Source: Vitrella brassicaformis CCMP3155
Lineage: Eukaryota > Protista > Chromerida
DNA length: 64,000 bases
Reading direction: 5' to 3'
Assembly: GCA_001179505.1 (NCBI GenBank)
Contig: CDMY01000144.1
Span: forward strand, 117,451-181,450
Shown here: piece by piece, positions 22,301-32,900 of the stretch
How the letters are laid out: each line of letters starts with the position of its first letter
How positions within the stretch are numbered: position 1 is the stretch's first letter
Made by a program: the position numbers and the translations under genes
Notes under the pieces: generated by a model
The model's database searches: none
Told to the model about the DNA's origin: nothing
What the model saw: the letters and a program-made list of their open reading frames with translations, nothing else

Positions 22301-25300
22301 GCTGCTGGGAGAGAATCTGCCATAAGGCGGACACTCAGGCGGATCGTGGTCGGCCGGCGGCATCGCATGGAGGCGACAGCCTTCCGCATATGGTCAGCTC
22401 AGCTGGGCCAGCATCGGCGGGCGGTCATGGATGAGCAGACAAGAGCGGCAGCGGCAGCGAGGATGGCCCGTGTTGCCGTGAAGATGCGCACACGGGCGGC
22501 CCATGCATCAGCCAGGAGGGCACTCCACATCTGGCGAGCAGCCCTCATAGCCCATCGCAAGCAGCACCGGCACATGACAGCCACGCTGCGCGCCGCATTC
22601 ATCGCATGGCGGCAGTCATCTCGGCAGCAGGGACGTGTGAGGCAAGGCCTGCTGTCCCTCTGTCGTGTCACCCGCGCCCACACCCGCCGCTCCCTCCACC
22701 AGTGGCTGTCCGCCTGCGCCCTCGTGGCCATTGAGGGGCCTATCAACGCGAGGCTGTCGGAGATGTCTGTTGCCCGTGAGGCCGTGGAGAGCAGAGCGGC
22801 CAGTCTCGAGGAGCAGCTGGTGCGCACTCGTGACCAGCTGCGTGACATCATCTCAAGGCGGCTGCGACATCTGGTCACCCGCATGGGGAGGGTCTTGGAG
22901 CGCTTCGCCCTTTCTTCGGCATTCGACAGAATAAGAGCGGCCTGTCTTGCCGAGCGGCGTGTCCAAGCTGCGGCATCACGGCTCACACCCGCTCTATCTC
23001 GCCCCGCCCGTCGTGCGATGGCCATTGCACTCGCCTCCCTGGCACTGCACGCGGAGTCCCACATGCATCGGCAGGCTTTGCGCGAGAAAGCGCTTCATCG
23101 GCTGGCCAGACTGATCAGTCGGCGTTGGCTGCAGTGGGGGTGGGAGGGGCTGCAGAGGGTGATGGGTGCGGTCATGTCGCACCAGGCCGCAGCGGCCATG
23201 CGGGCCGACCTGGACAGACGGGCGCAGCGTATAGACCACCTGCAGGCCAGCCTCAGGGACCAGGAGAAACAGTGCGAGGAGCTCCAGGTCGGTTGGGTCG
23301 GTCGGGACATAGACAGACCATACCCATCACTGTTGCTCTTGTCGCCTCAGGCGTCGTTGGAGCGGAAGCGCGCCGAGGAGGCCAGCCGCCGAGCGGAGTT
23401 GGATGAGCTGCAGAGCAACCTGCAGGAGCGGACCACAGCCCTGCATCAGACGCGGCACGAGCTGCAGGACACCACCGACAAGCGGGAGATAGAACGGTCA
23501 GTCCCACACACACGCAAGACGCAGACCAGACACGTCCAAAAGTGTCTGTCGATGGATGTGTGCATCACACCGGTGGCTGTGCTGTCGATTGCATTGCGCT
23601 TTCTCTGTCTGTCAGGTTGGACGCCGAGGATTCGCTCAAGAAGCTTCAGGACACCGTGGCAGAGCTGACAGAGGCGCTGCAGGTCCAGCAGGGGGAGCTC
23701 GAGACCACACAGCGAGCCCTCGAAGACGAACAAGCCGCTAACAGGTGGGTGACATGCAACGCAATGGGTAGACAGACAGACAGTGCAGGCCTTCCTGTGC
23801 TTAATCGTTGCTCTCTGTATGTGTGTATGTGTATGCATCAGGTACCTGATGTCCTCAGCCCAAGACGGCCAGGCCGGTCGTGTGGACCTCTTCCAGCGCC
23901 TCCAGACCCGCCGCCGCCAGGAGGAGCTCAACGAGGACGAGAAGTCGGCCTTCATGGCCCTGAGATACCACGCCTACCTGCGATCCACTCTTCGTCAGAC
24001 CGCAGTGGCCGCGCATCTCAGACACCGCCGTAGGACATTCGCAGGGCTTCGGAGGGCCGCACTGCATGTCCGGCTAAGCAAGATGAGACGGCGGACGGCT
24101 GTGCTCCAGCTGGCCGCCACAGTCCAGCGTGTTCACACTGCCCAGCGGCTGGCGGCCTTCGGACACATCAAGAGCGCCACCCTCAAACGCGGCCGCACGG
24201 ACGCCGCGGCACGAGCGCTGCACGGGGCCATCTCACGACTTTACTTCCGCCACCACTGCCGCCCCGCGCTTCAGGTGCTGCGGCGGCATGCATCTCGCTG
24301 GCTGCTGATGGACGCCCTGTCAGCTACACAGAGGCGTTGTGTGTATCGGCGTGCAATGCGGCGGTGGCGTGAGGGGCTGGCGCGTCGCAAGGCGGCGGTG
24401 AGGGTGCAGGACATCATGCGGCTGGGGGCACTCAGGCAGGGGCTGCAGCGACTGAGACGTTGGTGCGAGGTCAGTCTATAAACAAACAAGGCAGACGGGC
24501 TGGCGAGGCGACAGACAGATTCATGACAAGTGTGTGTTTGGTCTATGTATGTCAGGCGTCGCGTAGCTGGGCTGTGCAGGACGTGTGCTCGCACGAGGCC
24601 ACCCTCTCTCGTGTTGAGTTCCGCACACAGACTCTCCGCGTCGCCCTCACCATGGGAGCACTCATCGTCAGGGGTCTCTTGAGGCGGTCGCTCGCAAGGC
24701 TGCAGACACACGCACACCAGTCCCGCATGCAACAACGGCTCGTCGACGTCACGCACTTCCCACGCGCGACTCGGGCCATGACCAGGCGGTACTTCGGGGC
24801 GTTGCGGCGGGTGGCGAGGCGGCAGAGGGGTGCGGTGCGTTTGGTGGGTCGCTTGAGCCGACTGATTGAGAGGGACGCCTTGTGCGTGTGGCGTGGTGAG
24901 GCGAGGGCTGTGCACATGCGGCAGCAGAGGGCGGAGCGGCTGCACTGGAGCCTGGTGCACATCGTCAGGCGGCGGCTCAAGATCGTCTGGTTCGACTGGT
25001 GCTTCAGACATAAGTATGGGCGAATGTAGGCATGCATGTCTGTGGGGGCGGACGGACACTCACGTGTGTCATTGCTGGCGTCTGTCTGTCTGTCTGTCCA
25101 AATGTGTGTTGGTTGTGTCAGGGTGATGGCGCCTAATCGCAGCACCCGTCTGCTCAACCTCTCCTTCCGCATGCGCGCACGCTACCTGCGGGTGGCTCTC
25201 ATGCTCTGGAGGGCTGACACGAGACGGATGGTCCAGCTGCGGCGCGTCGGGGCCATTCTAGCCAGATGCATCGCAAGTGAGCCAGACATCAGACCGGGCC

Positions 25301-27059
25301 ATCCCGTATTCCCATCTGTTTGTTTTGGGTCGATCATGTCTGTCTGCAGGGCGGGGCCTCCGTGTGTTGCATCAGCACGCCCTGTCGGCCGCCACAGAGG
25401 GCTGGTCCAGGACGGCCCTCGCTCTCGTCCGCCGATGTGACGCCTTCGTCGACATGATCAACCACCAGGCCGACCACCACACGGCACACGAGAGCCGCCT
25501 ACTCCTCCACACCACCCTGCACGAATGGCGCAGGCAGGCAGCCGCCAGTGCAGCGCGAAAACACGAGCGGCGGAAGGCACTTGGCCGCATCGGGTCTGGC
25601 CTGCAGCGGGCGAGGCTGCGGCAGAGTGTCAGGCAGTGGCAGCGGGTGCTGGAGCAGTCGAGGCGGGATGGCGAGCGTAAGGCTGCGCAGAGCATCGTGG
25701 TGCAGAGCGAGAGACAGCGGGGGACGCAGAGCATTGCGGCAGCATCACGCAGCCTCCTGTCGACGCTCCGAGTGGCCACACGCAGACACCTCGCTACCGC
25801 CTTGACGCGCCTGTTTTCACACGTGAGGCACACACGGGATGACAGGCACGCCTGCCACGAAGCAAAGGTCTGAGTGGTGCGTGTATGCAGGCGCATGGTG
25901 AGAGGCTTCGTGCGACCGTGTCGAGTCACCGTGATGCCCTCGCTGCGGCCGAGAAGCGGCACGATGAGAGTCGACAGCAGCAGATGGCGGCCATCGAGGC
26001 CGTGAGGGAGGAGCTCAAGCGCCTGCAGGTGGGTCCTCATGGGCAACGAGTGCAGAAAGGCAGGTGTGTCGACGTGTCAGTCATGCGTGAATGTGCGTAT
26101 TCAGGAGTCTCGTGCCGAGGACCTTGAGGAGGAGGTGGAGAGGCGGCTGCAGGGGGAGATCTCACGCAGCAACGAGCTGGAGGACGCCCTCGAGAAGGCA
26201 CAACAGGCCGTCTCTTATTGGGAGAGCGAACACAAGGTACAGCACCACCTGACACACCTGCAGGCGCGTCCACGTGTATTCCTCCCCCTCCCCCTCTCTG
26301 TTGTGTGTCATGTCAGCGTGAGCTGGACCGCAACGAGGCGGCGCAGACGGAGATCTCCAAGATCGGCAAGTCCGTGGAATCCCTCAGACAGTCACACGCC
26401 AAGGAGCTGGCGGCCGTCCGGCAGGACCTCGACAAAGAGCGGCGCACCAACGAGACCCTAACAAATGAGGCCTCGCAGCAGCGGCAGGCGTGTGGGTCGC
26501 TTCGCACCAGAGCATCCGAGGCTGACGAGGCGAAGCGAGAGAATCAGCGGCTGCGGTCTGAGGTGGAGGGGCTGAGACGGCGGCTGGATGAGGCTAATGA
26601 GGAGAATGCGGCGTTGCAGGAGAGGATGCGGGAGGAGATAGAGCGCGTCAAGCACTTCGAGAGCTCCATCCTTAAGGGACACAAGGACGCGGAAAGCTTC
26701 AAGAAAGCCGCTGAGAAACAGGTGCCTGACTATAAAGCCATACGTGTGGATGGATCGATCCATTTGAATGTGCCTGTCTGTCTGTCTGTCTGCAGGTTGA
26801 GTCCCTGAAGCTGGCTCTCAAGGCGTCCAAGGAGAAGGCCACCCTCTATGCCGAGCAGGTGTCTTCACTGTCCACCCAGCTGTCGGAGTCAGCCGCAGAG
26901 CACCGCAAGAAGGAGCGTGCACTTTTGGAGGAGAAGATCCAGCTGGCCCGCACCAACCTGAGCGCCCAGGCGTCCAGCAGTCTGACCATCGTGCCGTTTG
27001 GTCAGGTGGCGCAGGGCACTGCGAGGGAGAACAAGGGCAAGAAGAAGAGACAGCCGTGA
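19315..27059 (+). CDS. Very large Sfi1-like centrin-binding-repeat / coiled-coil protein (start uncertain)
   Basis: Many Arg/Ala-rich repeats ending in (F/L)xxW(R/K): AFDHWR, ALYAWS, ALRGWR, VFQIWL, AFRIWS, ALHIWR, AFIAWR, SLHQWL, AMRRWR, LMLWR, LHEWRR, VRQWQR. Followed by heptad-rich C-terminal exons ending KKKRQP*. Confidence 0.7.
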
Positions 27060-27423
27060 TTGGTGAGTGCGTGGGTGGGTGGGTGGCGCTGCATATGTGC
27101 GCACTGTATAGCTCTAGAGGGGGCGGGGCGTGTTTGTCGGGTTGCTGGGGCGTGGCGTCGTTCCTGCGTGTTGTGTTGTGTGTGGCGAGGGTAGTTAGCC
27201 AATCAATGGCGTGTCGAGTCCGTGTGTGTCTATGCATTCATGCGAGCATACATGACAGACACGGTGGACAAACAAGCATCACCTTACTCACTGCTGTAAC
27301 ACATTTGTGTATACTAAAGATCTATATAGAGGCGTAACGACTATCATGAAAAAAGCCAATCGAACGACTTCAGCACAGACGCACGCAGTACGTACGTAGC
27401 AGAGGAGAATAGTACATTAGTTG

Positions 27424-29689
27424 TCACTGGCCCCTGTCCCTCCCTCCGCCAAGGAAGCCCCCACCTATTGTAGTAGCGTTGCTTTCCGTGGTCAGCTGCC
27501 TGTTTGATGATGATGATGATGCAACAGGGGGGTTGCAGACTGTGCGTACGGGGCATTGGATGGGCATCTGCAGCTGGCTGCCGTAGAACAGGGCGTTGAA
27601 TTCTATGCGGTAGTCGACGTCAAAATACAGCTGGGTCGTCACGGGGGAGGGATCCGCATCCGTGTCACACTGCAACACCTGCACGCATCAATCACACAGG
27701 CACTCATTGATGTGTGGCTTAATGCTCTGGTGGGTGGGCTCACTAGAGCTGGGGAGTCACCCAAGCCATGTGTTGCCTGCATGAGGAGGCCAACACCACA
27801 GGAAGACAGACATGACAGACAAACAGACAGACTGGCAGACAGCTGCACGAATGTCTCGTGTCCATCTGTGTCTCGCCCTCGCCCACCTTCAGGAAAAGTG
27901 ACCGGTCGTCGTTGATATGCAGGGGGAATTCTTCCGTACGTGGCTCGAGGCACCACGTATCGTTGCACATGTCGATGCCCGGGTCGAAGAAGCCGCAGAT
28001 GAGTGGATCTGGCTCTATATGTAGGAAGGCGCTGTATGGGGCGAAGGGCCGTCTCCGCTCCCCGCCTGCTGAGCCGTAGACGGTCAGATCAGCTGGGCAC
28101 TCCACACTGATGCGCGGCATAGGTCGGGGGTCTGGGTCTGACTGCAGGTCGCTCGGCAGTGGCGGGCTGCGCAGTGGCGGGCTGGGCGTAGAAGACGGCG
28201 GCGACTCGGTGGGCCAGTCGGCTTCACACACACATGCAGGCAGTGAGGTAGCCAGGCAGGTGATGGGTGTGTGATCAGATGGAGTAGGCCGATAGGTCAT
28301 TGATGAATACCTGTTTGGCAGTTGGTGATTAGTGTGCACACGATGTTGCCCGCGTATGGGTCGGTGCTTCCGTTGATGTTTGTCACCTCCGCGGTCAGAT
28401 AGAATCGGAAATTAGTCTCGACGAGGCCCAGCTTGTCAGCTTCACACGTGAGGGTCAAGTAGGACGGGGACACATCATCCGCCTTCATACACAGACAGAG
28501 AAATGCACACACACACACACATGAGCGACGCGGGGGTGGAATGGTTGTCGGACATCACATCACATCACATCACTTGCCTCGGTGAAGCTGAGTCGTCTGT
28601 CCATGCTGTCGACGTAGAAGATGAGCGGCTCCTTGCAGTCCGCGTCGCCGAGAGCGCAGAGCTTGAAGCCAGTGACCTTGACGTCCGTCACCGTCTCATC
28701 GACATGAACCCAGTCGGTGCCCGGGAACATGGGCTGGCTATTTGTGATGCTCTTTCCCGAGAGCAGCAGCGCCACTGTCTCGGGGCACTTGACGCTGAAA
28801 ACTGCACACACACAGCCCCACTCAAGGGAGTGCACTCCCCCTCTCTGGGTGCACGCGTGTGTCTGCCTACGATCATCGGACGGCCGCGATGTGTTGCCTA
28901 CACACATGCAGATACACGCACAGAGAGAAGGATTGGAGTAATTCTGTGAGCGTCGTTCGTCTGACCAACCTGTCTGCAGTTGGTCGCCCTCATCGACATT
29001 CGGATTATCAAGCACTCCAGCGGTGACAACCCTTGCACTGCCCTGCGGCATCATTCTGAAGTCGGCCAATCCCGTGGAGGGATCAACGGCATTGGTCCCG
29101 TGTACTTTCGGCCCGCCCTCGCCGCCATCCCGCTGCACAGTGAAGTTGGGGTACCTGGGCACCACGAACTCGACTGACAGGACTGGGACGTCGCCGCGAT
29201 GCACTTGAGCAGGGACGACCCCTGATTCCCTATTGAGAACGGGAAGGCGATATGAGTAGGTCCCATTGGGGTGGGGCACCACAGTATCCACAACCTCCAT
29301 AGACGTCTCTCGTATGATGTTGACGCTGTAGCTGTTGACAGCCGACTCACTCTCCTCCCACAACCCATTGGAGTTGCTGCACGAAAGAGAACGGAAGGAA
29401 GGAAGACAGCGGTACGAACTTTGAACACTCATGAGGTCTGCGTCTGTACGTGTCGAGAAAGACCGCGCCGACGATCCAAGCCTCTCCCTCTCTCGGAACG
29501 GCTGCAGCAGAGTCTAGTGGGCCGGACTCGAACAGCGGCTGCCCACCTGCAGAAACGGACAGATACAGAGAACCATCATGTTGATGTCCTTCACCTTTCG
29601 TCACCCTCAGTGAGAGTCCCACCGGCTTGTCGTACGTGTAGACAAACAAGAACTACGAGAAGTACTCGAAAGGAGAGGCGAGAGGCCAT
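27424..29689 (-). CDS. Secreted Cys-containing beta-sandwich (Ig/cadherin-like) repeat protein with Pro-rich linker
   Basis: Signal peptide MASRLSFRVLLVVLVCLHVRQAGG; beta-strand-rich exons (YSVNIIRETSMEVVDTVVP; YLTLTCEADKLGLVETNFRFYLTAEVTN; LQCDTDADPSPVTTQLYFDVDYRIEF); PPSSTPSPPLRSPPLP linker. Fold assignment is inference. Confidence 0.6.
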
Positions 29690-29736
29690 CTGCCACGAGT
29701 CGGCTGACCAACGGCACAGTGACTGTTGGTGTATTA

Positions 29737-29777
29737 TTTCAGTTTCGATCCGTCGGTATTGTTTCAGTTTCGATCCG
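29737..29777. repeat. Direct repeat TTTCAGTTTCGATCCG x2 (25-bp period) in the divergent promoter of the rhodopsin gene
   Basis: Read at 29737-29752 and 29762-29777. Confidence 0.85.
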
Positions 29778-29975
29778 CCACTCCCTTTTTTGAACGCCAT
29801 TCGTGCAAGCCCCCTTTCTCTCTGCTTCCCCCTCCTCACTGTTCCAACGAGAAAGGCCTTAGAAAATGGAGAAGAAGCACGAACAGCAGATCTCACAGCA
29901 GACCCCCATTCAGCAAACACAGAGGGCAAAAGGCGACCATTGCAAGAAGCGGGTGACATCTTGCGCAGAGATGAA

Positions 29976-32900
29976 ATGACGGACCCCATCCACACCTCAA
30001 GGCTCTTAAATTATTGGTCCTTTTTGGCTATCGGCGCTGCTCATCTCCTGTACCCCCTACTCATCTGGCTGTTGTGGAAGCTTCCCCTTGAGCAATACAC
30101 CGATTCGGACGTCTTTCCCGCCTACACTTCAACATTGCGCGCTGGAGTCAGTATTTGCTCAATCACAGGTCGGTCAATTGAGCACGAAGGATGTATGTCA
30201 TTGGGTTGTATTGCGTCTGCTCCTCTTATGAAGGTGCCGTGACGCTTCTTGCTGTTGCGTTCTCATCTGTTGCTGTGCTCGGCTTGCCGACAAGAGAGTC
30301 ACATCGTCAGGTCCAGCAGACTCCGGTCATCATCATTGTCGGCCTTATTGCCGCATACGCCTGTCGTCTCTCGGGTCTTGTCCCCGTCTTCCGAGAGCCG
30401 CTGTTTGGCCGGCCGGTTGATCCCACCAAGATCTTCGATTGGCTGTTGGACTGCCCACTCCTCTTTCTCCAGATTGGCGGGTGTCTCTTTGAGCTGCCTT
30501 TCTGGGAGGTGGCTCTTCCTGCATGTCTCACTGCGGCCTACTGTGCACTCGCGATCGGGGTGCAGTTCTCGCCGACTCTTCCCCTGCGCGTTGTTGGCCT
30601 GGCTGTCATTTCCGTCGCGGTAGTGGTTACAAACGTGTTGCAGCACCGATGGAACACCAAAAAACACCAGGCTCTACTCCAGAGGATCTCTCAAATGCGC
30701 AACGACCCCGTGACCAGCCCGTTCAGCGGTCTGCTCGAGGGTTCCATCAGCAAGGGAAGCGCGGAGACACACAGGCGACTGGCAGAGGACTCGACCGATG
30801 ACAGCGTAATGCAGTCGCTGAAGGTATGAAAGCTGCTTGTCTGTGCAGCGGGCTGGTACTAGTAATGGCTGCTTGCAGAATACAGGGGCGTGCAGAAAAG
30901 TGCAGCAGCTGCAGAACGAACTGAAAGAGGAGCACATCATGCGAGACTTTCATATCTTCTTTTGGCAAAGCTCAACCAATTGGACCTTCCTCATCAGCAA
31001 GCTTGTCTTCGGCCTGCCATTCTGTAGGAATGAGAGTGGGAAGTTGAGGGGTTTGTGTGTCCTTGTATGTGTCTGCTGTCAGTGCTGTCTATCTTCAATC
31101 GCCTTCCTCCACACTTGGAAATAGCCATCTACGCCTTCCTCGAGCTCGCCAGCAAGGCGTAAGGGAGCGCTGCTTGTATAGTGTCGATAGCTGTTTGTCA
31201 TGCTGGCAGCCAAGGTCTCGCTTCTCTCCCTTTGTAGGCTGCTTTCCATCTTTTCAATGAGTATCATACTTTTGGAAAAAGAGAGAGACATACACGAAAG
31301 GGTAATTATTCGAAGACACGAAAGAGCGAGGGAGCGGTATGACTTTCCATCCTTTGTACGCAGAAAATAATCCGCCTCCGAGTAATCCCAGGTCTGTCAT
31401 TCAAGGAAAGAGTTCTGGGGGGTGCAACTGAGTTGTTTTGCTTCCTCTCTCTCAGTTGAGCTTAAGAACGATACCCTCCACTGGATCATCCAGGCACTCA
31501 AACGGGCGGACGAATCGAAGAGGAGATTTATGCGCTACATCTTTCATGAGATTCGAGTGCCCATGCACAGCCTCACTGTTTGTATGGAGCTACTAGATGA
31601 GAAGCTCAACCACAAGGAGAAGCTGCTTCAAAACATGATTTGGTCAGCAGGAAATCGCAGGCGTGTCATTACATGGCGAGACTGTATTTTGATTGCTCAC
31701 ATTTGCGCAGGTCGGTTGAGCTGATGCGCGAGACGCTGAATGGTGAGACCAGCAAAAATTCACGGAAGTCACTTGCGACCCTCTGCCTGCTGCTGTATCG
31801 CTGTTTAGATGTGTTGCTCGTCCACCAAATGGAAGAGAGGGGGACGCTTCCCCTCACAAAAAGGTTCTTCCGACTTGATGACTTCCTCGCGCAAACAGTG
31901 GCGCGCTTCCAGGTATCGCACGCGAATGCAGTCAATCCCATAATGAATCGATGGAAGATTATGCTGTGCTCAGGGCGGTGCACGTCGAAAGAACCAGCGG
32001 CTGTCCATTGAAGGGTCTGTACCTGCTGTTCTTGTATATGCAGATGACCGCCGTTTAAGCCAAGCACTCGGTTGGCATATTCCCTGCATGCCTCCCTGCA
32101 AATGGTCTGAAGTGATGGCAGGTTTTCTTGTTAATTGTAGGCAATGGCATATCCAACAGCATCAAAGCCACTCCAACAGATGGCGAGATTATTGTCCGAG
32201 TGTCATCCACCGACTTCCCTCCTGGTGTCAGCAAGGCACGAGTGGAAAGAGATTACCCTGACCTAGCCTTGACGACCTTCACCTTTCAAGTATGAACGAG
32301 GACGAGACATGCAGAAGCTGCGCTGACGCCCCCTTTTCGTCCCGCAGATCACAGACAACGGTGTGGGCCTGTCAAAGGAGCAGCTGGATCGTCTGAATAG
32401 CTTCAACCCCTTCCAGACAGAAATGGACGCGAATGCCACTCTCGAGGAGGACAGCAGCGGCCTTGGCCTTGCCATTACCAACGAGGTGTGTCGGCGGCAT
32501 CATGGATCATGCCATCTTTCGTCGCCCGGGAAAGGCAAAGGCACGACGTTCACCATCGAGACTCCATTGGAGAGTATTTTGGCGAGCGATGTCGAGAGAC
32601 TCTCCGCCCGTCTGCGCAAGTCAATCGAGGACAACACCGCTCAAATGGTAAAACTTAGAGAGAGGACAGATATCAAAGCGGGCCAAAGCTATCAGGCAAG
32701 ACCGTCGACAGATATAAGTCCGGCGTCGAGGCTTCGATTCAGTCTCGTGGATGAAAACGAAGTGAGTCGACAAGGTCTCTCACTGAGAACGAGTGGGCAT
32801 CTTTTGTCCTCCCCTTCTTCCCCCGCTGTGTGTCTATGATCGTTGCAGGATTATGAATTCTTTATTGGCCACGGATCTGCCGCTGCCTCTCCCTGTTTAG

